Source: Lama guanicoe
Lineage: Eukaryota
Length of the DNA: 64,000 nucleotides
Direction of reading: 5' to 3'
Assembly (NCBI GenBank): GCA_013239625.1
Contig: MU054466.1
Coordinates: 2,319,770-2,383,769, forward strand
The position numbers were made by a program, and so were the translations under genes. Numbering within the stretch: position 1 is the stretch's first letter; each line of letters opens with the position of its first letter. Below, in pieces: positions 46,693 through 58,805 of this stretch. Below the pieces are notes generated by a model that was given only the letters and a program-made list of their open reading frames with translations, ran no database searches and had not been told where the DNA came from.

Positions 46693-47782
46693 GTAAGCGG
46701 CTGCCACCTCCTTCCGGGCTTCTCATCACCACCACCTCCAGGTGGGCTGCCGGGGTTCAACCCCAGGCTTCCCAGGGGCTCTCAATCCACAGGGTCCTGA
46801 CTTAGGGCCACGCTCTGGGGACGTGTGGCCTGCCCACAGGGTAAGGATGTCTGGCCCGCCAGGGACAGTTGGGAGTTACGGGGAAGCTAGCTAACATCTA
46901 GAAAGGAAGCCTTCTAGAAGGAGGAGTTTTGGGGCAGAACATGGTCCTCGGAGTATTTTTCTACAAACACACAAGTGCAGAGACTGGTGTGCCTTGTGAA
47001 AGAGTGTCCCAGGTGACAGGCCTTTGACAGTGTTCCAGTCTTTCCCACGCACGGTGCATGTAACTGTGGGGTCTGTGTGTTGAGAACCCCTGAAACCCCA
47101 GCCCCTCCTCATAACAGCCGCCTAGGGGCTGTGCCAGGCACAGTTACAGCAGCGCTGACACTTAGATGCAGCCACAGGAGGTGAGAGCTCCTCCGAGCTC
47201 TGTGGGCTCCAATCTTGTTCTCTCAACATCCTTCTGTCACCACCAACAACCCCCAACCTCAGCCCCAGCGCAGGAAGCACCGCGGGGCCACCAGCAGTGA
47301 GTCTGGGTCCAGAAGATGCCGGGCCAAGCGCGAGGCTGCAGGGGTTGCCCCGTGCTAGTTGGCGCTGCTTGCGCGGCCCTCTTGCCTCTCCCGGTAGGAT
47401 CCTCGCCGACCCACCCCTTAGCTTATTCTAAGTGTGAACTTTGACCGACAGCCACACGTGTGTCCAGCGAGCCCCTCTGTGCCCACGTGAAGTCAAGAAA
47501 CAAGTTCCTCCTTTGTCTTTCCGTGGCCCGAAGGTTTTCACCCTCCCGTGGACTTAGGTTCTTTTGCTTAAATGCTCCTTGCTGGTCCCCTCTAAGTCCC
47601 TGCATGCTTGAGAGCAAGACACTGTTCTTTTTCCTTGATTTGAACCTGTCCTGTAGATTCAAGACCTTTTATGTTGTTACTATTGTTCAACTCCCAGGAA
47701 GGTGGGACTGAGTGGAAGCCGGTTTGTCGTGCTTGGAAAAGGTAGACCAGATGGCCCCAGGTGGCGGCGCCACCTCAAGAGC

Positions 47783-47956
47783 TGGGGGTGCAGAGATGGT
47801 GTCCCCCGACCCTGTCCCACCTGGTGGGGTATGGGACTCAGGAAAGGCTACTGATGGAGGCACGGTCTCCAGAGGCAGGGGTGCAGAGGCGGTGTCCCCA
47901 CTGCCCTGTCTGAGGGTGTGGGACTCAGGAAAGCCTGCTGACGGAGGCGCGGTCTC
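47783..47956 (+). repeat. Imperfect ~85-95 bp tandem duplication in TIMP2 intron 4
   Basis: Two copies of ggggtgcagag..ggtgtcccc...ccctgtc...gggactcaggaaag.ct.ctga.ggaggc.cggtctc. Confidence 0.75.
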
Positions 47957-48081
47957 AGCTGCCTCCCTCCCTGCTGCACTCACGGGGTCATTCATCCTGC
48001 AAAGCACCCTTGAAGCCTTCCCAGGTGCATGGCCGGGTCTGGAGAGCCCCCTGAGTGACCCGCCCTGTGTCCCCTCCCCAG

Positions 48082-48279
48082 ATCACGCGCTGCCCCATGA
48101 TCCCCTGCTACATCTCCGCCCCGGATGAGTGCCTCTGGATGGACTGGGTCACGGAGAAGAACATCAACGGGCACCAGGCCAAGTTCTTCTCCTGCATCAA
48201 GAGAAGCGACGGGTCCTGTGCGTGGTACCGCGGGGCGGCACCCCCCAAGCAGGAGTTTCTCGACATCGAGGACCCGTAA
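48082..48279 (+). CDS. TIMP2: TIMP2 coding exon 5 (C-terminal domain to stop)
   Basis: cctccccag| acceptor; [65 protein letters not shown]; TAA at 48277-48279. Confidence 0.98.
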   Translation: MTRCPMIPCYISAPDECLWMDWVTEKNINGHQAKFFSCIKRSDGSCAWYRGAAPPKQEFLDIEDP

Positions 48280-48366
48280 GCGGGCCGCCAGCACCCCGCG
48301 GCCTGTCAGAAGCCTCCCAGAGTCTAGACTGGTCCAGCTCCGACATCCCTTCCTGGAAACAGCATG

Positions 48367-48372
48367 AATAAA
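48367..48372 (+). terminator. TIMP2: TIMP2 proximal poly(A) signal
   Basis: AATAAA 88 nt after the stop; consistent with the known short (~1 kb) TIMP2 mRNA. Confidence 0.8.
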
Positions 48373-50609
48373 GCAGTCATCCAAGTGGGTCTAAATCAGT
48401 GTGATTCTCCTCCCCGCCCCTGTTTTCCTCTTGAACACGGTTGTGGGTCTGCAGGCAGAGGTGGGGCCCATGCCCCGTCCGCCAGCCTGGGCACCGTGCG
48501 TCTCGATCTCCCATCCTTGGGTGTGGGCGGGGTGGGACGCACGGGCTCCCCTCCCAGGCCCGGCCTTGGCACTGTCACAGACGCTGAGCAGACAGCACTT
48601 AGGGGTCCTCTGGCCTGGCAGGGCAGTGCCTGGGAATGTGCATTTTGCAGAAACTTTTGAGGGTCGTTGCAACACTGTGTAGCAGGCCTACCAGGTCCCT
48701 TTCATCTTGAGAGGGGCGTGTCCCTCGGTTCCTGCAGCTGCCACACCTCTGGCCCATAGGGTGGCGACCCCTGCCCCCCCCGTCTCCCCTGTGTCCACCC
48801 CGGACTCCCAGCACCTGTGACTTGTGTGTGCCCAGGAGCAGCCTAGACCAGTGGCTTGCTCTTGAAGGAGCCCCAATTAATCGTATTAATCTGCAGAGTT
48901 CCAGTGGGAGCCTCCCTCCCGGGCCTCACAGAGAAGTGCAAGCGACAAGCTTTAGCTCCAGCGAAGTCCTTCTAATCGCACCCCCGACCCCTGGCCCTTG
49001 GGGGACTCTGAGACGTTCTCCCCCGGGGCAGGCGCGTGAGGGTGCACGCGGCTGACGAGCTTCTGAGAGCCCTCTCGCTCCCTCCTCTTTCTGACCTCGG
49101 GCATCGAGGTCGGGGAGCTTCGCTCGGGACTGGGTGGGGCCAGGGCATGAGCTGGGTCCTGCTCTGCCCCCCACACACCTCCCAGCCCCCCAGGCAGGTA
49201 CCAGAGGTTATAATATGACCTCCCTCCAGGACTGGCAGTCACTCTGCCACACAGGGGTTTCCGGGAGTGAAGGTAGCTAAGCAGAGAATGAAGTCCTCCC
49301 GAGGGAAGGACGAATTTTGGAGGGAGGTGGCGTCAGTAAAACTCGCATTGCTTTCTGGGCCTCCAGGACACTGTGGCCGGCTTTACGAGACTTCTCATCC
49401 TTTTAAAGATGAATTCTCAGATAATATGTGAACCCAAATTGCAGGTGTCCCCACCTCTGCTTCTATTTCTCATGTTACAAAGATCTCTCAGTTAAGAAAC
49501 TCCATAGGGAATCTATCTGTTCCCTAAAGATGGTTTTCTGATACCAGTTAACATAGGCAGGAATTTCTCAATAACAGTAAAGATAATCTCCTTTTTCCTC
49601 CCAAGATAAACTGTTCTGAGTTTATCATGAATGTTATGCAAACATACACCTATATGCCCATGCGTGTGTGCGCACACACAGTGAAACTGAAGTCTGTCGG
49701 CCTGGGAGTGGTCCTGCGGAATTCTTCCAAAGTTCATCTTCTAAGCCTGTTCTCTTCTGCAGTGAGCCCAAAGCACCTCTAAGACTCCTGACCCCCAAGT
49801 GGCGTGCAGCCCCCATGCCCACCCGGGACCTGGTCAGCACAGACTTTGATGACTCCCTTTCTAGGGCAGACTAGGAGAAGATCCGAGAATCCGCCCCGCT
49901 CCGAGGGCCGCCTTCATGCTGTACAGTGATAGGAAGTTTGTAAGATGTCCTAATGGACCAGTCCGTGTGATTTCCGTGTATTCAAGAACACCAGACCCTC
50001 CGATCAATATAACAGCCACCCCTGTCTGCCTCCTGTACGGTGTTATCCGATGTAACATTTACTCCTGTTTCTGCTGATTTTTTTTTTTTAATGTTTCGGT
50101 TTCTGACATCCGTTGTAATCATTCCTGTGCTGTGTTTTTTACTACCCTTGGTAGGGGTTGGACGCGCACCTTTTTTTTCTCAAAGGTTTCTGCATCGTGG
50201 AAGCGCTGGACCCAAAGTGCACACGACATGGTAGCTCGCCTGTGATGGTGGTTCCTCCAGAGCTTTTCCGTTCCTCGAGTAGCGTTGCTTCTCTGCCTCC
50301 CATCTTTTGTTTTCTGCTTCCAGTTGTTACAAAGCAAAGGATCTTTCAGTAGGTTTGGTTCTAAGAGATGGCCTTTATATATTCAGTCTAAGCACTTTGG
50401 TCTTGTAGCCATGATGAGCAGGAAAGAAAGAAAACAAAACAAGATGAGGTGGCCGAGAGAAGCCACTCAGATACCGTCAACAGTGATTAAGTGCCGTATA
50501 TATATAGTTCAAGAAGGCTCTCCATTTGGCGTTAATTTATGTTATATTCTAAGCTCTGCTCTTTCCTCCTGCTAGTCTTGTCTTCATGCCAGCAACTCGA
50601 AATATTTAA

Positions 50610-50615
50610 AATAAA
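50610..50615 (+). terminator. TIMP2: TIMP2 candidate intermediate poly(A) signal
   Basis: AATAAA in AT-rich context followed by U-rich sequence. Confidence 0.5.
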
Positions 50616-50894
50616 GTTTACATTGTAGTTATTTCCAAATCTTTGCTTGATTAAGTATTAAGAAATACCGGACTCGCCGCCGTAATTTAAAGCTTTGTTG
50701 ATTTTGTTTCTGTTGGGAATTTTTTGTTTGTGTGTTTGTGTTTTAAATTTTGGGGGCCATGTGTTTTTGCTGGAATATAAAGTCCGAGACCTTCCTGTGC
50801 CGGGAACACGTGAGAGTTGTAGAAAGTCGACAAGCAGACAGCACATGCCCCCGATGCCTTGTATCGTTCGTGCGCGCTCGCTCGGTCCGTGGAC

Positions 50895-50900
50895 AATAAA
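50895..50900 (+). terminator. TIMP2: TIMP2 distal poly(A) signal
   Basis: GGACAATAAACAG followed by GU-rich downstream sequence (gtgtccgtgtggtcctgt); consistent with the ~3.5 kb mRNA. Confidence 0.8.
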
Positions 50901-51612
50901 CAGTATTATCAGCGAGAATGCCGCGGTGTCCGTGTGGTCCTGTCCGCCTGCCGCTTTCTGGCTTAGGAACGAAGGAGGGTGGGGGCTGGCTTTGTTAGGT
51001 CTGTTGCTCGGAGGCCTGCGTGGGATGTAGCAGAGACGGGGCCTGACAACAGCGATCGTGGTTTTCTTAAATTGGCCGAGAGGCAGGAGCACAGACGGGG
51101 CCCCTTCGTTCAGCACAGACGTCACCTTTCACTGTGGATCATCACGCACACCTGCACACCCACACGCACCCTGCATCTTCCACAACGAGCGTCCTCCTTC
51201 TCCTCTGCCTGCGCCCCCTCCCCTAACCACCCTGCCCTAGGTTAGCAGAGGAAGGGAAGATTCCAGATGTCAGACCGTCTCATATGAAAATGTTTCAGTA
51301 CATATCTCTTTTAAAAAAAACCCTATTTTAAAAACATTTCTGAAATACTTTTATCACACCTTGAAAACGTAATTAGAATCCATGAATGTCATGGACTATC
51401 TAGTCAGTGTTTAGAGTCTCACAGGTGCTTTTTTTTTAAAATGACTCATTGGTTTGAATCCGGATCTGGGTAAGGTCCATATGTTGCAGCTGCTCCCTCA
51501 AGTCTCCCATATTTACAGGTCCCCTCCGTCCCCCGCCTCCCTCCGCCTCCCCCACCGTCACAAGCAGGGAAAGATGGCCCCATCATGATTTTTTCCTGTG
51601 GTTTTATCATAT

Positions 51613-51797
51613 GTTTATTTACTTATTTATTTCTTTGTTTAGCTGAAGTGCAGTCCGTTTACCATGTCATGTCGATTTCTGGTGCACAGCATCATGTTTC
51701 AGACACACACACACACACACACATATTCATTTTCATATTCTTTTTCACTATAGATTACTCTAAGATGTTGAATATAGGTCCCTGGGCAGTACAGTAC
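51613..51797 (-). mobile_element. Artiodactyl L1 3' end with internal (CA)n
   Basis: tgaagtgcagtccgtttac...atttctggtgcacagcat...(CA)n..ttttcatattctttttcactatagattactctaagatgttgaatatag. Confidence 0.72.
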
Positions 51798-53016
51798 AGC
51801 GGTCTCATCATAATTTAAACTTTAACCAAGTCTCATATAAACCAGTAAAGCCTCAGCGGGACAAAGTTTGCACCCGTATCTGTGCCGCGAAGCGTTCGAT
51901 GCCATCCGCTGCAGACACATCTGGATTCTTTCTTCATGTGATGAGGTCTGTGGGGAAAGTGGTTCGGCAAATCGTATTCAAATCATAGAACATTTCTGTG
52001 TCACACAGATGAGCTCACCTGGCATGTGTGCCCACCCCGACCCGCAGGCCGCAGCTGGGCTCTGCGACACGGCAGACCCCACCGTTTGCTTCATCGAGTT
52101 GATGTATTTAGGTCAAACGTGACTTCTTCAAAACACTTCTCGTTCTGGAGATTTTCAAACATCTACAGAAATGCAGATAACCACGTAAGCAACTCCAGCA
52201 CCCACGGGCCAGTTTCAACAAGAATCCCAGTTTTCTTGATCTTTGTAAGCAGTTTTAAATCCCTCTGAAGACCCCCAGGCGGGATAACCAGAGTGTCAGG
52301 GATCCTGCCAGACCGTGATTTCCTCCTCAGTCTTGCTCATCCTGTGAAAGAAAAGCAAACGGAGGTCAGCCAGGCTCTCTGGTCAGACCCCCCAGCAGAC
52401 ACACGTGGGTTCAGATGGAAACTCAGCAGAGCAGCAGAGCCTCCCGCAGGACCCGCTCTCAGAGACCAGGGCAGGGGGAGGAAGTGGGGAATGGGGGAGT
52501 CCCCAGGGCTGGTGAAACTCCTTCAGCTGTCTGAGTGGCACTCTTTTCCCTCATAATTATTAATGGCTCTGTTTATCTGATCTGACTTAAACCCAAACTG
52601 TGGGGCTGCAGCATTTCACTAGGGTCAGCTTTATCCTGGGTGATGGGCCGTTGCTGCGGTTTTGTGTTAAGACTTTCAGGTTCACGGACACGTCTCTTTC
52701 TCAAGCTTCAAGCCAATCCTCAGCCCACTCTGTCGCAGACGCTTGCCTTGAATCATCTTGCAGTAGAAAGCAGTGCTTTGCTTTGGGGACTCATTTAGCT
52801 CTAATGAGCAGATTTTCTCCTCCAAGAAACAAATTGTGGGGGACGGTGGGGAGGGAAGACATTCAAAAACCGGAGATAATTCTGCATGTTTTCATTCCAT
52901 GACAACTGAGAGGAATATTTCTTTCCAAAAAATGAAACCAAAGTGTGAGACAAATCCATACTGGAGTCTGCAGAATGGTGGGGTGTCAGGTGGGGCTGCA
53001 AATCAGAGGAAGGGCT

Positions 53017-53109
53017 GGGGGAGGGTGTAGCTCAAGTGGCAGAGCCCATACCTACCATGCATGAATGAGGTCCTGGGTTCAATCCCCAGTACCTCCATTA
53101 AAAAATAAA
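53017..53109 (+). mobile_element. tRNA-Ala-derived SINE (vic-1-like), 3' short
   Basis: GGGGGAGGGTGTAGCTCAAGTGGCAGAGC...GAGGTCCTGGGTTCAATCCCCAGTACCTCCATTAAAAAATAAA. Confidence 0.82.
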
Positions 53110-56100
53110 GCTTGCTTTATTTCTAGATGAAATAAAACTGAAAGTTTAATTTTTATTTTTAGGCCCATCAACGTGTCTTGCTTTGTCCTTTAATGTCAGG
53201 TAGGCGGAGCAGCAGGAGCAAGATTCCAGCCAGGGGGGTTCCTTAGAGACTCAGCCCGCAGGTTTGTACTGGGTGCTGGTCCCATCGGAGCCGCCAGCAA
53301 ACCCCTGACTCCCAGAGCAGAGCAGGTTTCAGCACCCACAGGCAGGTGAGTCTCGGGAACCATTCTTACTGGGGAGTACGGGAGCCTCCTGAAACCCACG
53401 TTCCTGGACACCAACCTTGCAAGCAGGCCTCCCTGAGGACAGCAGTCTCAGGCCTGCCGCGGTGACTGCCGTGTACAAGTCCTGTTCATCGTCTTTCATG
53501 ATCTGACCCCCAAGTCAGGAGACTCCGCTCCTAAACTCCCACGGGCAACCTCTTAGGAGGCCACTCCTAGAAATCCAGTCACTCCATCACAGCTAACGTT
53601 TTCATCTCATGCCGTCACTGGTGCTAAGGGTTTCCCGTGTGTTACCTCATTTGCCATTTGCCAACCCTGGGAGGTGGTCCTCTCACCTCCCTGCTGGACG
53701 GACAGGGAACCTGGAGGCTGAGTTCCCGGTCACCCAGCCGGTCAGTGCTGGAGCTGGCATTTGAGCGCAGGCAGAGGCAGGATCCTGGGCCTGGCTCTTC
53801 AGTAGAACACGCGCCTGACATCTCTAAGGACCACGGATGAAGCTTCATACAAGGATGAGGCTCGGGTAGGAGCAGGTCACCCTCCCAGCCGGCAGCAGGT
53901 GAGGATGCTTGCCTTACACTTGCGTGAAGAGCTTTGTAATGGTTTGGTTTTATGTGTTTGTTTTCAGAACAAAGGCAGACTTCTCTCCCTTTTTGTCCCC
54001 ATTCAACCCACTACCGGCCGCAGCCCCTCTGCCCCACCTATCAAGTCCACAGGCAGGTCTGGACATGGCAAGGAGGAGTCTAGGTGGGCCTGGGACATGT
54101 TCCACTCTCAGCAGGGCTGGGGGCGTGGGGCCTGAAAGCAAGGGGATGCCGAGACTGAAAAGACAGGATCTTGAAGACCCTTGAAAAGTTTATAAAATCT
54201 GGTCCTGAGGGGGAACAGACGCACGCAGTCCGTGCAGATTAATGCTGTGCTGGGAGGACCAGCCGGAGCCACCAGGGAGGAAAGGAATGAACCAAACCCA
54301 ACCCAGCAGCGCAAGCAGCACCCGGAAGGATAAAGCCCGAAGGATAAAGCGCGCAGTCGCCTGGGGGAGTTTCGGGGGAGGGGTGGGTCTGCAGAGAGGA
54401 GGAGAGGCGTTATGAGGGCCACGGGGGACGGGCTCTGTAAAGGGGAGCCTGTTGTCAGTATTCGCGAGTAGGGACAGCTGCTCTCATTCGCAGGGGAGAT
54501 GCACGCCTGTGGCGTGCACTTTGGGTTAGTTTTCTTAGAGGGAAAGCTTTGCCGGGGAGGGGAAGGCAGGGCAGGCCAGTGGCCACGGCCAGCACATGGA
54601 TCTCAGGCCGGTTGGCTACTTTTTAGCCAAACCACCAAATGCAGGCCAAATCCCATCGCAGGCCATCTGCACGCAGAGGAGAGAAGGGCTAACACAGCGC
54701 TGGGAGCCCTGCCACGTGGCTTTTCCTTGGTGAGCTCAAGTAGACCCAGGTTTGGATCTGATGTAGCTAGCAGTTTCCAGGGACCGGAAGTTGTCAGGGT
54801 TGTGTAGGCCAGCAGTAGCCGCTCACAAAACTCACAACGACTGACAGAAAAGCCAGAAAAAGTCTGATTCATTTACAATTAGAAATGTATTGTAAATCTG
54901 TGTTCCTCTACAGGCCGTGAACCTGGGGGAGGGGTCCGGTCCCTTTTACCTTGACCTCCAAAGTAAGGAGCTGCCTGGTGACTTCTGGGCAATAATGTTG
55001 TTAATTTGTTAAGGCACCTCTTTTAAGGTAAGTTCTAATTTGATTCATTTTGGTTACAAGCTTCTTTTTTTTAATTGGGAATATTTTATTCCTTTATCTT
55101 CAAGTGCTTGTCTAGTTTTCTCTTTCAAGATTTAGAAATTATTCAGTTGTCTCATCTGTAGCATTTCACCTTCCATTTGGTTGGCTCTCACATTTATCCA
55201 CAGTGTACCTCCAATGGAGCAGGCCCAGGGATGCACGAATGAAATGACACATGATGGGGGAGGGAGGCGAAGTCCAGAGAACATTCCAGTTGAATGTATA
55301 AGTGGAATGTGCCACCAGCCCAAGGCAGCACCAATCTAATGGCGGGGACTGAGGGAATCCAGGAAGACTTCTTGGAGGTGGTGATTGAAGGATACACAAG
55401 AAAGAGAATTTTAGGCCAAAGACCAGCCTGAGCCTGAAGTAGAGATAGCCTGATTGGAGTCTGGAGGGGGAGCACTTGGATTTAGCTCTGCTGAAGGATC
55501 CAGAGCAGGGAGTGACTGGGATGGAGAAAGGCAGGCAGGAACCAGCCCCTAGGGATTACTAGAGACCATGCTAAGGAGCTGGGCTTTCCCATCAGCACCA
55601 GGGGACAGGGAAGAGCTTCAGACAGGAGTACAATGGGTTCAGGTGGGCCTTTTAAATATATTATTCTATTTGGAAGTTTGAGCAATGGATGTGGCTATAT
55701 TCAGATAATGCAGGAGAAAGTGGAGAGGGGCTTTACTTGGGCAGTTGGATGGAGGGGAGGGAGTGGCTTGAACATTTGAGAAGTAGAATTAGCAAAATTT
55801 GTTGACTGACAATTTACCGGGGAGGGCTGAGGAGGGAGGGAAAGAGAGGAGCCCAGAATGCTAGCCAGGCAGGGGATGCTGGGGTCACTGTATCAGTCTA
55901 GGTCCAACCAGCATCACCAAACCCACTATGTACAGCCTTTAAAACAGAGGAGATTCAGGTAGGGATTGGTTACATCCTGATGGAAGAAACTCCCTGGGAA
56001 GCTGTTAGCACCTCGAGGGTGGAGGGACAGAAGCAGGAGGCTGCCCTACAAGAGCCCAGGAGGGGGACATGTGGGAGGCTGCAGCCACAGCCTGCCTCTC

Positions 56101-56494
56101 TGGAAGGAGCTGGAGCCACTGCCAGAAACTCCATTCAAAGCAGAGAAGGGAGGGAGAACAGCTTGCTTCTTTCCTCCATGATCCAGTCTCACCAGTGCCC
56201 CCACGTGGCCGAACCCACCAGGAAACCAGCTGAAAAGGGTAAGGATTTAGTCTGAACTCCAGCACACTAGCCCAAGTGGGCAGCAGAGCAGAAAGGAGAG
56301 GCAGCTTAGGGAAGGGTAGGGGGGCCACCCATTTCTGGGCATGGTGAGTTTCGAGTGCTCATGCGACCTTCAGGGGGAGATGGCCTTGACGCACTGGACC
56401 CACCATTCCGAAGATCGGGGGAGAGAGGTTCTGCATCTGCACATCTGGAGTTTACCAGCCCACAGGCAGCAGTTAGTTGTGGTGGCAGCAATGG

Positions 56495-56720
56495 ATGTGC
56501 TCATGGGGTAAGTATGTCACTTAAAAGAAACAGTCCATTTTCCAAAATGGTTGCATCATTTTTACATTCCCATCTGTTTTACAGTCTGCTTGCTCCACAT
56601 CCTCTCCAACGTGTAGTCTCTTTAGTTCTAGCTGTTTGTTCCAGAAAGTGTGGAATGTAACTCATGGTGGTTTTAATTTGCATTTCTCTGGTGACCTTTG
56701 AGGTTGAGCATGTTAGGAAA
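56495..56720 (-). mobile_element. Old L1 fragment
   Basis: ttttccaaaatggttgcatcattttacattccca...tgctccacatcctctccaac...ctcatggtggttttaatttgcatttctctggtgac. Confidence 0.7.
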
Positions 56721-58419
56721 GATTTTTATACCGGCCATGGGAACATACCTCTAGGAGACTACACTCTGAAGGCTCTTGAGAGGGAATTTGAAAGGGGAGG
56801 AGGGTGTGAGTGTCATGGGCTGAAGGCTCCTCCTGATTTCTCGATTTCAGATCATATTCTCAAGCAGCAGGTGGGCCTGTCAGGTGACACCTCTGTCATC
56901 TCAGAAGAAATTCAGGGTTACCACTGAGGGCCTGAGCTAAAGGTGTGAGCTTGGAGCCTGATAAACCTGGGCTTAAACCACCACTGGCTTCCTAGGACCT
57001 TGCACACTCAGTCTTCTCATCCGTAGAATGGGGACAAAATCGTTTTGTGGGGTTGCCATAAAGGATTAAATCAGAGTGTTGGTAAGCGGCCAGCTTGGTA
57101 TCTGGCACATCACATGAACTCAACATAGGAGCAAATGGCATCAGCATTAATAATGAAGAATGAAAGACGTGCTGGAGATGGTAATTCACAGATGATGACA
57201 TGGAGACCTGGGTTAGTTAAAAGAAATGTCCAAAACAACTTGCTAATTAGGGCAGAGTTGGGATAAAACTGAGGTCTCCCCCCGACTCCAGCCCTTCCCC
57301 CCGCCCCCGCCTTTAGTCACTAGTTTATACATTGTATCAAGCCTGGAATAGTGAGAATTGTCTTTGTCTGCATCGTTGCTCCAAGGCGCCCAGAGGACTC
57401 AGGGACAAACCCCACTCTGAATCTCTTTAGTTGAGGGTTTTCACAGATGGGGCCAGCCTCTGGCTCCTGCGGATTCCTTTACACTTGTTTACTTTTTCAG
57501 AAAAACACCAGGCCCCAAGTGATAACAACACGTGAATTTTGTTCGTTATACTCATTCTCTCTCCATCGCCGTCCTCCCGTCTAAGGACTGCGGCAAGGGG
57601 GCAAGATGGCTCTAGCCTGGCCCGCCCTTCACACTTGTCTGCCAAGAAGGACACAGCCCAGAGGGTTGTGCACTCCAGGCGTTGCCGTTAGGGAAAAGTC
57701 GTTTACTGAGGGAGCAACAATATTCCTTTGCGTCTGTGAGAGTATCAGGCGGTCAGGCCAGGGCCCGCACTCTCTCCACCTGCCCCGGGGAACGGGGGGA
57801 AAACAACGAAGCGGATTCAGGTGAAAGGGATTTTCTTAAATGCCGCAAAAGCGAGTGTTTGCAAACATTCATAAAAACCTTAACGTGATCGTCAAGGGAT
57901 GGCGCTCTCGGAGGAAGGGAGCCGGCGCAGGGCCCCCGGACACTGCGAAGGTCAAATCCCCTCATTCCAGACCACTTCATCTCGAGAGCCCTCTGCGCCT
58001 CCCCGGGCTTTGCTGGGCCTGCTGCCCTCTTCTCGCCCAACCTGTGTCTTGGTCACTAAAGACCCTAGAGAGTGCGGCCAAGCCCCCTGCGCCACCGCCC
58101 CGACAGCAGGGGAGAAGGAGACGCGGCCCAGACCGCCGCCCCAGGTGCGCCCGGAGCCCCGCGCGCGGAACCCGGAAGCCGACGCCTCGCGTACTCTGCG
58201 GGAACTCGCCGGGCGCCGGCCAAGAGGGCGGGGCGTCCCCAGCTCTGCGCGCTTGCGTCATCGCGTAGGCTGGAGGGGCCTCGGGATGGGGAGGTGACGT
58301 ATCGGGCGCGTAAGGCGGCTGTGGGCGGGCCCAGGGAATAGGGCAGCAGCTAGCCCCGCCTCTTAAAGCTGCCGAGGCCTTTCGGTGTCCCGGTGCGCAG
58401 GTCGCGAGTTGCGGCGCCT

Positions 58420-58536
58420 TTAAGCGTCGTCGTGACACGTGTGTGAGGCGCCGGAGGCCCGGATGGTGCGTGTGCGGGGCCCGTGCCGAGCAGACGCCAG
58501 CGCTGTGGGCCTGCATCCCGGCCCGTCGAGGGTCGG
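58420..58536 (+). other. USP36: USP36 non-coding exon 1 (start approximate)
   Basis: GAGGCGCCGGAGGCCCGGATGGTGCG resembles the recalled human USP36 5'UTR; donor GG|GTAGGC at 58537. Confidence 0.6.
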
Positions 58537-58654
58537 GTAGGCTGGGGCTGGGTCGGGGCGGCGCGCGGGCCGGGAGAAGGGCTTCCGCCCGGCGGGGCGC
58601 GGGAAGTGAAGGCGGACGGGGGGCGCTCCGGGAGACACGGGTGTTCGTCTGCCA

Positions 58655-58805
58655 GGGACTCCGGGGTCCATGGGGAGACCCTGGAGCTGCGCGTCCGCGA
58701 GGGGCTCCGGAGTCCACGGGGAGGTCCCGGGGCTGCAAGTCCGCGAGGGTTTTCTGAGGTCCATGGTGAGGTCCCTGGCTGCGCGTCCACAGCGAGGTCC
58801 CGGGC
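58655..58805 (+). repeat. 46-bp degenerate tandem repeat (3 copies) in USP36 intron 1
   Basis: Units at 58655, 58701 and 58747: ggg.ctccgg.gtcca.ggggag..cc.gg.gctgc..gtccgcga. Confidence 0.75.

Larger units (their letters stand above)
9141..48279 (+). other. TIMP2: TIMP2 gene coding span (5 coding exons, 220 aa precursor)
   Basis: Exons 9141-9270, 39297-39397, 41390-41498, 46568-46692 and 48082-48279 all have GT/AG boundaries. They join in frame to 130+101+109+125+198=663 nt, encoding a signal peptide plus mature [13 protein letters not shown]...[10 protein letters not shown] with all 12 TIMP cysteines. Confidence 0.98.
48280..50920 (+). other. TIMP2: TIMP2 long 3'UTR
   Basis: Runs from the stop codon to the distal AATAAA (50895-50900), with an AU/GU-rich distal part. 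The end is approximate. Confidence 0.8.

Noticed and set aside
1559-51448. Window-wide enrichment of AP-1 sites (about 12 TGA[C/G]TCA found by eye)
   Set aside because: About 8 are expected by chance in 64 kb at uniform composition; not convincing without a statistical test.
53017-53097. Functional tRNA-Ala genes (also 4880-4957 and 45963-46036)
   Set aside because: Disrupted stems or anticodon arm, A-rich tails and TSDs indicate SINEs, not tRNA genes.
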